Of a stretch of DNA of 64,000 nucleotides, positions 39,756 to 49,550 are shown in pieces. A program made the position numbers and the translations under genes. This DNA comes from Clostridium peptidivorans. GTDB lineage: Bacteria; Bacillota; Clostridia; Clostridiales; Clostridiaceae. The notes beneath the pieces were generated by a model, which saw nothing but the letters and a program-made list of their open reading frames with translations, was not told the DNA's origin and did not search any database. Each line of letters starts with the position of its first letter. The stretch's first letter is position 1. The stretch is from assembly GCF_900205925.1 (NCBI RefSeq), contig NZ_OAOD01000001.1, forward strand, positions 243,201-307,200, written 5' to 3'.

Positions 39756-41144
39756 TTAAATAACCTGAGTCTTTCCTCTTTTAATAAATTCCCCTCTTCC
39801 TTTTTCACCTATATATTCCCCATTTTCAGCAATCAACTCTCCACGAGAGAACGTTGCTACAGGATAGCCTTTTATTTCGAATCCTTCATAAGGTGTATAG
39901 TCAACGTTTTCATGTAAAACTTCCTTTGATACTTTTATTTTCTTATTAGGATCTAAAACTACAATATCTGCATCACTACCTATTGCAATTGTTCCTTTTT
40001 TAGGATACATGCCAAATATCTTTGCACTATTTGTAGATGTGATTTCAACATATTTGTTCAGAGAAATCTTTCCTTTTTCTACACCTTCTGAATACATTAA
40101 TGCCATCCTTAATTCAATACCAGGAGCTCCATTAGGGATCTTAGTAAAATCACCCTTACCCATCTCCTTTTGTTTCATGAAAAATGGGCAGTGGTCTGTT
40201 GCAATGGTTTGTAAAATACCGTTATTAATCATCTTCCAGAGAACTTCGTTATTCTTCTTATTTCTTAATGGTGGTGACATTACATATTTTGAGCCATTAA
40301 ATTCAGGTTCATCGTATCTACTGTCGTCTAACATCAAGTATTGTGGACATGTTTCACCCATTACAGGTAAGCCTTTTTCTCTAGCTTCTTTAATTGCCTT
40401 AGCAGATTCCTCGCAGCTTACATGCACTACATGTAAAGGCGAATTTGAAATCTGTGCCATCTTTATTGCTCTATTAGTAGCCTCCTCCTCACATACATAA
40501 GGTCTTGATATTGCGTGATATCTTGGTTCAATCTTTCCTTCAGAGAGCAGCTTTTCTACTAGATACTTTATAGCGTAATAATTTTCTGCATGCACTCCAA
40601 TGAGTCCACCTGCTTCGCTAGCGGTTTTTAAAACCTCAATTAAAGTAAAATCATCAACTCTCATATTGTCATATACCATAAATACTTTAAAACTAGAATA
40701 ACCTTCAGAAATAACTTGAGGAATTTCTTCCTTTACATTCTTATTCAACTGTGTAACTGCAATATGAATTCCATAATCTATGACAGCCTTTTTATCAGCT
40801 TTATCTCTCCATATGTCGATAGTTTCGTGTAAAGTCTTTCCCTGGGGTTGTACAGCAAAATCTACTATGGAAGTAGTTCCACCAATTGCAGCAGCTTTAG
40901 TTCCAGTATAAAAATCGTCACTAGAGAAAGTTCCTCCAAAAGGCATATCTAAGTGGGTATGGGCATCAATCCCACCAGGAATAAGATACATTCCATTTGC
41001 ATCATAAGTTCTATTGCCTTCAGTTTCTTGTATGTTTTCTCCTATTTCTACTATCTTTTCATTCTTAATAGCAATATCTGCTTTAAATGTATCTGATGCT
41101 GTAACAATAGTTCCATTCTTGATGATAAAATCATACTTAGTCAT
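39756..41144 (-). CDS. dihydropyrimidinase / D-hydantoinase
   Basis: 462 aa amidohydrolase. HxH metal motif (GGIDAHTHLDMP). Confidence 0.85.
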   Translation of the reverse strand: MTKYDFIIKNGTIVTASDTFKADIAIKNEKIVEIGENIQETEGNRTYDANGMYLIPGGIDAHTHLDMPFGGTFSSDDFYTGTKAAAIGGTTSIVDFAVQPQGKTLHETIDIWRDKADKKAVIDYGIHIAVTQLNKNVKEEIPQVISEGYSSFKVFMVYDNMRVDDFTLIEVLKTASEAGGLIGVHAENYYAIKYLVEKLLSEGKIEPRYHAISRPYVCEEEATNRAIKMAQISNSPLHVVHVSCEESAKAIKEAREKGLPVMGETCPQYLMLDDSRYDEPEFNGSKYVMSPPLRNKKNNEVLWKMINNGILQTIATDHCPFFMKQKEMGKGDFTKIPNGAPGIELRMALMYSEGVEKGKISLNKYVEITSTNSAKIFGMYPKKGTIAIGSDADIVVLDPNKKIKVSKEVLHENVDYTPYEGFEIKGYPVATFSRGELIAENGEYIGEKGRGEFIKRGKTQVI

Positions 41145-41209
41145 AATGACACCTCTTTCTTTTTTATCCTTTATTAATCTAATTTGAAAGTAATTATTAT
41201 ACTAAACAA

Positions 41210-41248
41210 CAAAGTTTCAGTAGAAGTAAAATTTCTACTGAAACTTTG
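41210..41248. terminator. perfect 16-bp palindrome CAAAGTTTCAGTAGAA/TTCTACTGAAACTTTG (intergenic hairpin)
   Basis: Lies between the M20 hydrolase stop and the dihydropyrimidinase start. Acts as a terminator, an attenuator or an operator. Confidence 0.5.
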
Positions 41249-41260
41249 CTTCTATTGCCT

Positions 41261-42490
41261 CTATTTTTTATCTATGTCTAAAATTGTTTGAAGCAATACA
41301 TTAGCTCCTTTTAAGCAGTTATCAAGAGAAGTTTTTTCTATTTCACAATGGCTGTGTCCACCGATGCTTGGAACAAATATCATAGTTGTAGGTAACATAT
41401 CAGCTGCAAATTGAGCATCATGTCCAGGGCCGCTGTAGATTCTCATATTAGCGTATCCGTAAAGGTTTGCATTTTTTTCAACGAAGCTTACAAACTCCTT
41501 GTTGAAACTAACAGTTTTACGTGACCATAATTCTTTATAGCTTACTTTACACTTTGCAAGCTCTTTAGGTATATTTTCAATAATCTTAACAACTTGTTTT
41601 ATCACTTCTGGGTCCTGGTGTCTTGCATCCAAAGTAAATTTAACATCATCTGGTATAATTGTGTGTACATTTGGTGAGCAAATAATTCTGCCTGTTGTAT
41701 ATACCAGCTTGCTATCAAGCTTATCAAGTTCTCTATGAAGATATTGAATAGCTTCAGAAGCTGCTAAAAGTGCATCCTTTCTGATCTTTTGAGGAACGGT
41801 TCCTGCATGACCAGCTTGACCAACAAACTGGAATTCATAATTCACCATTCCAACAACACCTTCTACAACTCCTATATCCATCTTCTCAGATTCAAGTACT
41901 GGCCCTTGCTCAATATGTAATTCTACAAGAGCCATATAGTCCTTAGGGCTTATTCTATTCTTTTCATCACCTTTATATCCGCTTGCATCTAATGCTTCAC
42001 CAAAAGTCATTCCTTCTTTATCCTTTGAAGCAAGCATCTTTTCTTTATCAAATTTACCAGTAATAACTCCTGATGACATCATAGCAGGATCAAATCTAGC
42101 TCCTTCTTCATTTGTCCAAATCATAACTGTAATTGGATGTCGATGAGAAATATTCTCTCTTACAATAGTTTCAGCAGCTTCCATTGCAGTAAGTACTCCT
42201 AAAATACCGTCGTAATTTCCCCCTTGTATTACTGAATCACAATGGGAACCAGCTGCAATATGAGGAAGATCCTCTGAGCCTTTAATAGTGGCATATATAT
42301 TTCCCATGTCATCTGTTACTATATCTGCACCAATGGCTTTCATTCTTTTACAAAACTCTGCTCTTGCCTTAAGAGCTGGCTCTGATAAGGATAATCTTGT
42401 TATTCCTCCTCTTCCAGTATCACCAAATTTACTAAAGGTAAGAATCTTATCTTCCAACCTTTCTTTGTTACAACTTAACATATTCCACAC
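41261..42490 (-). CDS. M20 family Zn-dependent amidohydrolase (N-carbamoyl-amino acid / beta-ureidopropionase / allantoate amidohydrolase type)
   Basis: 409 aa. M20 metal-binding motifs (GSHCDSV...NEEGARF). Confidence 0.8.
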   Translation of the reverse strand: MWNMLSCNKERLEDKILTFSKFGDTGRGGITRLSLSEPALKARAEFCKRMKAIGADIVTDDMGNIYATIKGSEDLPHIAAGSHCDSVIQGGNYDGILGVLTAMEAAETIVRENISHRHPITVMIWTNEEGARFDPAMMSSGVITGKFDKEKMLASKDKEGMTFGEALDASGYKGDEKNRISPKDYMALVELHIEQGPVLESEKMDIGVVEGVVGMVNYEFQFVGQAGHAGTVPQKIRKDALLAASEAIQYLHRELDKLDSKLVYTTGRIICSPNVHTIIPDDVKFTLDARHQDPEVIKQVVKIIENIPKELAKCKVSYKELWSRKTVSFNKEFVSFVEKNANLYGYANMRIYSGPGHDAQFAADMLPTTMIFVPSIGGHSHCEIEKTSLDNCLKGANVLLQTILDIDKK

Positions 42491-42749
42491 TTCCTTTTAT
42501 AGATAGTTTAAATTCTGGTGTTTTTCCACTCTCAATTTTATCCTATGATTTTATTCCATATTTTATCACTATTTATATTTTATTCAAATTAATGTTTTAT
42601 CCCTTAATTACTAACTTTATTTCTTATTTATTCTTTTTATATTTTTAAATTTGACTATTTTTTCTTCTTTTAAAACCGCATTTAATCTTTAAAATTGAAA
42701 GTTTACTGTAGCTTATGCAAATTTTTCTGCTTAAAAAATTTCAAATGTT

Positions 42750-42793
42750 TTTCCAAAAAATAAAAAAGATACCCCTTAGATTCAAGGGGTATC
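42750..42793 (-). terminator. rho-independent terminator after the DegT gene
   Basis: GATACCCCTT/AAGGGGTATC 10-bp stem followed on the minus strand by TTTTTTATTTTTT. Confidence 0.8.
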
Positions 42794-42807
42794 TATAATA
42801 TCTATAC

Positions 42808-43929
42808 CTATTTTTTATAGAATTTTTTAATTGTTTCACATACAAATTCAACTTCTTCAGTAGTGATTTCAGGATAAATTGGAAGTGCAATAATCTGCTC
42901 AGATACTCTTTCTGCTACTGGAAAATCTCCCTTTTTATATCCTAGATATTCAAAACACTTCTGCATATGAAGAGGCATTGGATAGTATATGCTGTAGCCA
43001 ACTTCATTTTTCTTCAAATACTCTGCTAGTTCATCTCTTTTTTCTGCCAATATATTAAATACATAATAAACTTGCTTTTGATCACCTTTAACCTTAGGAA
43101 GTTTAATATTTTCACAATCGCTTAATCTTTCAAAATATAACTTAGCTATTTCATTTCTTTTCTTTATAGCTTCGTCTATATATTTTAATTTTACTGATAA
43201 AACAGCTGCCTGAAGTGTATCTAATCTTGAGTTATAGCCTATAAAATCATAATGATATTTCTTTGAAGCACCATGTACTCTGAAGTATTTTACAAGCTGT
43301 GCCAATTCCTCATTGTTAGTTACAATCATACCCCCATCACCGTAGCCTCCAAGGGTCTTTGTAGGGAAGAAGGAGTATACTCCAAAGTCTCCAATGGCTC
43401 CAGAGTGCTTATACTCGCTGCCGTTTCCTTTCCATCTCATTCCAAAGGCTTCTGCGGCATCTTCTAGTACTCTTAAATCATGTCTTTTTGCAATCTCCAT
43501 TATTTTATCCATATCTGGCATCTGGTCAAATAAATGTATTGGCAGTATTCCTGCTGTGCTCTTGTTTATTTTTTCTTCAATTTTATTTACATCTATTCCA
43601 AAGGTATCCTCATCAATATCTACAAAAACAGGTTTTCCCTTGTGTTTTGTTATACATGATGTGGAAGCTAGGAAGGTAAAAGGAGAAGTTATAACTTCTT
43701 TTCCATCCTTAAAGCCAAGTATGTCTGATGCTATAATTAATGCATCGGTACCTGAAGCTACTCCAATGGCATATTTTGCACCAGTGTATTCTTGAATATC
43801 TTTTTCAAACTGCTGTACCTGCTCGCCAAGTATGAAGTTTCCTTTTTCGATAACTGATTGAATTGCTCTGTCAAACTCACCTTTTTTCTCAAGGTATTCC
43901 CTTTGAGAAGTATAAAAATTTACCTTCAT
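42808..43929 (-). CDS. DegT/DnrJ/EryC1/StrS family PLP-dependent sugar aminotransferase
   Basis: 373 aa. Characteristic N-terminal region and the ASGTDAL motif. Confidence 0.85.
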   Translation of the reverse strand: MKVNFYTSQREYLEKKGEFDRAIQSVIEKGNFILGEQVQQFEKDIQEYTGAKYAIGVASGTDALIIASDILGFKDGKEVITSPFTFLASTSCITKHKGKPVFVDIDEDTFGIDVNKIEEKINKSTAGILPIHLFDQMPDMDKIMEIAKRHDLRVLEDAAEAFGMRWKGNGSEYKHSGAIGDFGVYSFFPTKTLGGYGDGGMIVTNNEELAQLVKYFRVHGASKKYHYDFIGYNSRLDTLQAAVLSVKLKYIDEAIKKRNEIAKLYFERLSDCENIKLPKVKGDQKQVYYVFNILAEKRDELAEYLKKNEVGYSIYYPMPLHMQKCFEYLGYKKGDFPVAERVSEQIIALPIYPEITTEEVEFVCETIKKFYKK

Positions 43930-43959
43930 TTTTACATCTCCTTTTCATTGTTTATATGC

Positions 43960-44730
43960 TTATATTTCTTTTGCTATTAAAACCTTTACTCCAAGCTTCT
44001 GGATTTCATCAATTTCTTCCTCTGGTGCTTCCCAATCTGTAATTAGTATATCCAAATCTTTTACATCCACTGTCTTTGAAAAAAACTCGGTGCCTACTTT
44101 ATCAAAATTTGCAAGGCATATTCTTCTGCGTGATACTCCTGCTACCGTCCTCTGAAAAATGGCTCCTTCCGGTGTAGAGCTGCTTAATCCATGTTTAGCA
44201 GAAATTCCTCCGCCAGTCAAAAAAGCTATATCAATTCGTAGGTTCTTAATAAAGTCAGTTGCTAAAGCATCAACTATTCCTTCTTCACTCTTTATCTTTC
44301 CACATACTATATAGGTCTCAACATTGCTTAAACTCTTAAGTTTTTCTGCAATTGTAAGTGAATTAGTAATTACTGTATAGTTTATATCCAAAGGTAGGTA
44401 TTTTAATAAAACATAGTGAATGCTAGCTCCACCTATAAATACAGTATCGCTCTGTTCTATATAAGCTGCAGCTAGTTTGGCAACAGCATTTTGATGCTCT
44501 GTTCCCTCGCCATATCTAATTTTTTCATCTATTGGGAGTCTTCTAACCTTAGATAATGGTACTGCGCCGCCATGAGTTCTTTTTAAAAGTCCGCTTTTCT
44601 CCATTACTGTAAGATCTCTTCTTATGGTATCTATTGATACTTGAAGCTCTTCCGCCAGATCTTTTGCAAATACTCTTTCCAGCGTCTTTACCTTGGAGAG
44701 TATTAATTCTCGGCGTTCTTCTGCAAACAT
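43960..44730 (-). CDS. DeoR/GlpR family transcriptional regulator
   Basis: N-terminal DeoR HTH (ERRELILSK...) plus DeoR C sugar-binding domain. Confidence 0.85.
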   Translation of the reverse strand: MFAEERRELILSKVKTLERVFAKDLAEELQVSIDTIRRDLTVMEKSGLLKRTHGGAVPLSKVRRLPIDEKIRYGEGTEHQNAVAKLAAAYIEQSDTVFIGGASIHYVLLKYLPLDINYTVITNSLTIAEKLKSLSNVETYIVCGKIKSEEGIVDALATDFIKNLRIDIAFLTGGGISAKHGLSSSTPEGAIFQRTVAGVSRRRICLANFDKVGTEFFSKTVDVKDLDILITDWEAPEEEIDEIQKLGVKVLIAKEI

Positions 44731-44899
44731 TTTATTAAAGCCCCCTTCACTTATGTTTTAACTATAGCTTTCCCGACATATTATAATCATACCACTTATT
44801 TGCCATTTTGTTAATGATTATTTGCTTTTATTTGCTTTTTTATGCATGTTTTCTGATAAATTTATTTATGAGAAATCCAGACAATGATTTTATATCATA

Positions 44900-45394
44900 T
44901 TATAGTTTCTTCTCAAGCAAATAAAATAAGCCCTTTCTCCAATTTGTTTCCCCAACCTTTTGGTATCCAAGTGCTTTATACATTTTTAAGGCATATGGAT
45001 TTAGCGAAAATGCATCTAATCTGATGGACTCTATTCCTTCCTTCTTCAATATCTCTTCAAGCATACTCATTGTAGCCTGTCCTATTTTTTGATTTTGATA
45101 AATTGGGTTAACACATAATCTATGAACTACTACAAAGCTTTCATCTGCATATTTCCAATCCCCATTTTTATACTGCTCATCAAATTCATTATTAACTACT
45201 AGAACAGAAACAATTGTATCCCCCTTAATTCCAACATACATTTCTTTTTTTAATATATCTTCTTTGAGAATTTCACTGGTTGGGTATATTTCATCCCATT
45301 GAGATATATTATTATCATTCATTTCACTGATTGCATTTTTAAAGATGTCTATTATTATATTTAGATCCTCAAGTTCTGCTTTCCTAATCTTCAT
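44900..45394 (-). CDS. GNAT family N-acetyltransferase
   Basis: 164 aa GNAT motifs. Confidence 0.75.
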   Translation of the reverse strand: MKIRKAELEDLNIIIDIFKNAISEMNDNNISQWDEIYPTSEILKEDILKKEMYVGIKGDTIVSVLVVNNEFDEQYKNGDWKYADESFVVVHRLCVNPIYQNQKIGQATMSMLEEILKKEGIESIRLDAFSLNPYALKMYKALGYQKVGETNWRKGLFYLLEKKL

Positions 45395-45537
45395 ATTAAC
45401 ACTCCTTCTTATTTAATGAGCCTTATATAATGATTTTATTGATATTTACCATTTTATCCCTAATGGCATAACATATCAATAAGAAGCTGAGTATCTACCG
45501 CATCAGTTACTATATTAAGAAATTGATAATAAAAAAA

Positions 45538-45578
45538 CTTTAAAGAGAACTGTGTTTCAGTTCCCTTTAAAGCTTTTA
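45538..45578. terminator. bidirectional terminator (15-bp stem) downstream of the mutS2-like gene
   Basis: CTTTAAAGAGAACTG/CAGTTCCCTTTAAAG with A-run and T-run flanks. Confidence 0.7.
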
Positions 45579-45637
45579 TACTAAAGTCTATTAAAATTCT
45601 TTAACTTATGCTTCACTTTAATTTATATTTTGTATCT

Positions 45638-47524
45638 TCATTTCAAGCTTTCTTTTCTTATTTTCTTTAATGCTTTTTTAGATCCTCTCTTAATATCTCT
45701 TTCTAGCTTTCTTTCCTTAAAACTTACAAATAGCTGATTTAAATCATAACCCTCTGGATAAAGATCACTTGCCTTTAATTCTAGTTTTATTCTCTTATAA
45801 TTAACCTCAATAAATTCATTGTTATATAGTACAGTCACATTATTTAATCTGTCTCTTTCCTTGTATACAATGGCTGATTCATTATTTTCTAAAAGAGTAA
45901 CCTTATCTCCTACGGAGTATTCATATAAATTCTCAGCTTCCTCTTCCTCTTTACTTTTAATACTCTTGCTATCCTTTATCAGATTATAGTTATAGTTTTT
46001 AGTATTCATATATTCCCTTGCTCTACTTATAATTGAGTCATATAATCCCATCTTTTTAGAAATATATAGTGCATTACTATCTCCTACTTTTCCTATACTA
46101 AGTTTATATAGCGGTTCAAGAGTTTCCTTTTCAAATTCCATAGCTGCATTTTCAAAATCAGGGTGTTCCTTTGAAAAGTTCTTTATTTCTCCATAGTGAG
46201 TGGTTGCTATAGTTATGCATCCCTTATGATACAATTCTTCTAGTATTGCAATGGCTAAAGCTGATCCTTCATTAGGCTCTGTTCCACTGCCAATTTCATC
46301 AAACAATAATAATGTTGAATTTGTGCTTTTTCTTATTATTTCAGCTAAATTCTTTACATGCGATGAAAATGTACTTAAAGCATTTTCAACGCTTTGATTA
46401 TCACCTATATCAACAAATACATTGTTAAATATTGAAAGTTCTGTACCTTCTGCTACTTCAATATGAAATCCAGACTGAACTGCTAATGTGAGGAGTCCAA
46501 TTGTCTTTAACACTACAGTTTTACCCCCTGCATTTGGTCCTGTTATTATTAGCCCCCTGTAGCTTTTACCAATTTCAAAATCCAAAGGTACACTGTTCTT
46601 AATTAAAGGATATTTTCCTTTGATTATCTTAATATATCCATGATTATTTAGCTTAGGCTTAATTCCATCTATTTCTTTGCTGTATTTAGCTTTTGCTAAA
46701 ATCATATCGTACTCGGATATAACCTCAATATTCATCTTTAAATCTTTTATTCTCTGGAAAAGCATATCTGTTAAAGTAGCTAATATTCTATATTCTTCAA
46801 CGGCTTCTTCTGCCTTTAATACACTTAATTCACTTGTATACTTTGATATAGTAATTGGCTCTATAAAAACAGTACTTCCCTTTGAAGACGCTTCAATAAC
46901 TGTTCCTTGAACTTGATTTTTATATGCTGCTTTAATAGGAATAGTATATTTCCCATTACGCTGACTGATAAAGAATTCTTGAATATATTCCTTATTTTCA
47001 CTGCTTCTAAGAAATTTGTCTAATTTCTCCTTTATCTTGCCTTCACATATATCAATATATCTTCTTATTTTCTTTAATTCTTTACTGGCATTTGAGTCAA
47101 CTATGCTTCCTCTAATTGAAATGTTTATTTCATCTTCAATGTAACTTAAATCAGAAATATTTTCTCCATAGGCACTCAAGGTAGGTGCATACCCCTCTTT
47201 ATCCTTTATGAATAATTTAACTTTTCTGCACCCGCTTAAGAAGTTTGACATCATAGTCAAATCAGCTGCCTCTAAGGATGCTCCCTTTTCAATCTTATCA
47301 ATAAGAGGCAGTACATTAAAAATCCCCTTTAATGGCATATGATAAGAAGCATCTATTAATGCTCTTCCCTCTGATGTTTCATTTAGTCTTTGATTTACAA
47401 TTTTCATGCTGCTGCTTGGCTCTAATCTATCAATTAACATTTTTCCTAATCCGCTAACGCAATATCCTTTTATTATTTCTTTTAACTCATAGTAATGTAA
47501 TTTTTCTAATGTTTCATTATTCAT
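45638..47524 (-). CDS. MutS2-like ATPase (MutS domains III-V) lacking the C-terminal Smr nuclease domain
   Basis: 628 aa. Walker A GPNAGGKT and MutS signature motifs. The C-terminus is Lys-rich and carries no Smr LDLHG motif. Confidence 0.75.
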   Translation of the reverse strand: MNNETLEKLHYYELKEIIKGYCVSGLGKMLIDRLEPSSSMKIVNQRLNETSEGRALIDASYHMPLKGIFNVLPLIDKIEKGASLEAADLTMMSNFLSGCRKVKLFIKDKEGYAPTLSAYGENISDLSYIEDEINISIRGSIVDSNASKELKKIRRYIDICEGKIKEKLDKFLRSSENKEYIQEFFISQRNGKYTIPIKAAYKNQVQGTVIEASSKGSTVFIEPITISKYTSELSVLKAEEAVEEYRILATLTDMLFQRIKDLKMNIEVISEYDMILAKAKYSKEIDGIKPKLNNHGYIKIIKGKYPLIKNSVPLDFEIGKSYRGLIITGPNAGGKTVVLKTIGLLTLAVQSGFHIEVAEGTELSIFNNVFVDIGDNQSVENALSTFSSHVKNLAEIIRKSTNSTLLLFDEIGSGTEPNEGSALAIAILEELYHKGCITIATTHYGEIKNFSKEHPDFENAAMEFEKETLEPLYKLSIGKVGDSNALYISKKMGLYDSIISRAREYMNTKNYNYNLIKDSKSIKSKEEEEAENLYEYSVGDKVTLLENNESAIVYKERDRLNNVTVLYNNEFIEVNYKRIKLELKASDLYPEGYDLNQLFVSFKERKLERDIKRGSKKALKKIRKESLK

Positions 47525-47881
47525 ATCAATAACCCTTCCTTGCTTTCTTTTATTACACTACAAGTCAACGAAATCTCGATAGATTTCTAGATTTTGTATA
47601 ATAAAAAAAGCCATGGACACCTCCACAGCTTAAAATTCAACAATTAATAAAGGTAACTTTAATTACCTCTTTAAAGTAAATTCGTGGACTTGTATCTTCA
47701 ATAGTACAAATTAATTCCGTAACAAACAAAGGCATAATGAAGCCCCATTTTTTGGAATTAATATTAAGTTAACTATTTTAGATACTAGACACTCACAAAA
47801 ATACCTCTCTTCTTTGAAATCTATCTTCTATAATAATATATTATAATTTTAATCTAAATGTCAATGTTATTTTTACTAAAC

Positions 47882-49228
47882 CTACTTTATAAAATAAGCT
47901 GACCATCTAAAAAATCTTCCTATATTTTTAAAAGAAACTATACTACACAATAGTTCAGTAAGCTTTCCAAACTTCCTATAAAAGAAGTTAAATGCCAGAA
48001 ATGGAATCCACTGCTTTTTAGATTTTGGTAGCCTTTTCATTATATTTTTAAAGGTGTACACTTCTTTATATATCCATAGGTAGCCATTATATAATTCTTC
48101 TGCTGTCATATTCTTGGGTTTATATACGACATGCGCAGTATTATAATTTGACAAATTAAAATCCACAATTCTATTTTCCTCTATTAATGATGAGTATAAC
48201 TTTGTACCAGGATATGGGGTAAGGATATGTGAGGTTACCGTTTCTATCTTATTTTTAACTATCCATTCTAATGTATTCTTAAACACAGAGACATCATCTT
48301 CATCTAATCCGAAAACAAAACTTGCATTTATCATTATTCCCCTTTTATGAATTTCATCTACAAGTTTTTCATACCTCTTTACACTATTTTGCACCTTATG
48401 GACACTATCTATTGACTTACTATTTATACTTTCAAAACCTATAAATAAACTTTGACAACCAGACTCCTTCATTTCATCTAATAATTCAGGCATGTCCACT
48501 ATATTAGAAGTAACCGCTGCATTCCACTTTAGTTTAAGAGGTTTTATTTCCTTTAATAATTTTTTTGTCCACTTAGGATTTCCAATAAAATTATCATCAA
48601 TAAACATTATATGTCTTGTTTTTAATGCATTTATATCTTTAATTACATCCTCTATAGGTCTATTAATATAAGTTTTAAGTGTATCTTTGCAGCTATTATA
48701 GCAAAAATCACATTTAAAAGGACATCCTCTGCTTGTACTAATTATATTAGTATATAAATACTTTTTATTATCAATAATGTAATAGTTAGGTGATACTATT
48801 TCTTCCCCAACAATATTTTCCATATCATAATATATCTTCTTCAGTGAATTATTTTCTTTATCCTTAAGGATTTTTGCCCAAACTCTCTCAGCCATTCCCA
48901 CACATATTGCGTCAAAACTATTAAGAGCTCCCTCTGGATCTGCTGTAATATGTATACCTCCTGCAATTACTGTAACGTTGCGATTTTTAAACTCCTTTGA
49001 TATTTCCACCGCTCTATTCATAACATCTACAGTGACAGTTATTGCTACCATATCTACAGGTTCATCAAAATCTATCTTTTCAACATTTTCATTCAGAGTG
49101 ATAACTTCATGCTCTTTCGGCGTAAGATTTGCTATTGTGAGTAATGCTAATGAAGGAGACATTCTTGTTTTTAACTTTGTATCCATAGGTCTTGGCAGCA
49201 TTGCAGGTTGTATTAATTTAATCTTCAT
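47882..49228 (-). CDS. B12-binding domain radical SAM protein
   Basis: 448 aa. N-terminal cobalamin-binding Rossmann-like region, then CPFKCDFC (Cx3Cx2C). Confidence 0.85.
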   Translation of the reverse strand: MKIKLIQPAMLPRPMDTKLKTRMSPSLALLTIANLTPKEHEVITLNENVEKIDFDEPVDMVAITVTVDVMNRAVEISKEFKNRNVTVIAGGIHITADPEGALNSFDAICVGMAERVWAKILKDKENNSLKKIYYDMENIVGEEIVSPNYYIIDNKKYLYTNIISTSRGCPFKCDFCYNSCKDTLKTYINRPIEDVIKDINALKTRHIMFIDDNFIGNPKWTKKLLKEIKPLKLKWNAAVTSNIVDMPELLDEMKESGCQSLFIGFESINSKSIDSVHKVQNSVKRYEKLVDEIHKRGIMINASFVFGLDEDDVSVFKNTLEWIVKNKIETVTSHILTPYPGTKLYSSLIEENRIVDFNLSNYNTAHVVYKPKNMTAEELYNGYLWIYKEVYTFKNIMKRLPKSKKQWIPFLAFNFFYRKFGKLTELLCSIVSFKNIGRFFRWSAYFIK

Positions 49229-49295
49229 ATATTACCTCCTCAAATAACTTTACAAAGCATTTAACTAATCTACTTGCAGTATAGAACTTCCAAAT

Positions 49296-49490
49296 TTATG
49301 TGTCATTTCTATATTCTAAAATATCACCTGGTTGGCAGTCCAAAGCTTTGCATATTGCCTCTAAATTTGAAAATCTAATAGCTTTTGCCTTTCCATTTTT
49401 CAATATAGAAAGATTCGCCATCGTTAAGAAAATTGTTGAACATCGTTTCATAAAAAGCATCCGCTTTAATTTCCATATATAGGATAACAT
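49296..49490 (-). CDS. small Cro/C1-type (YozG-like) HTH transcriptional regulator
   Basis: 64 aa. C-terminus ICKALDCQPGDILEY matches the YozG-like family. The HTH helices are unusually hydrophobic and degenerate. Confidence 0.55.
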   Translation of the reverse strand: MLSYIWKLKRMLFMKRCSTIFLTMANLSILKNGKAKAIRFSNLEAICKALDCQPGDILEYRNDT

Positions 49491-49550
49491 ATTTTTTATC
49501 GTTTACCTATAGATTTTTATTTATTCATATTATATGTTTATTGTTGAATA

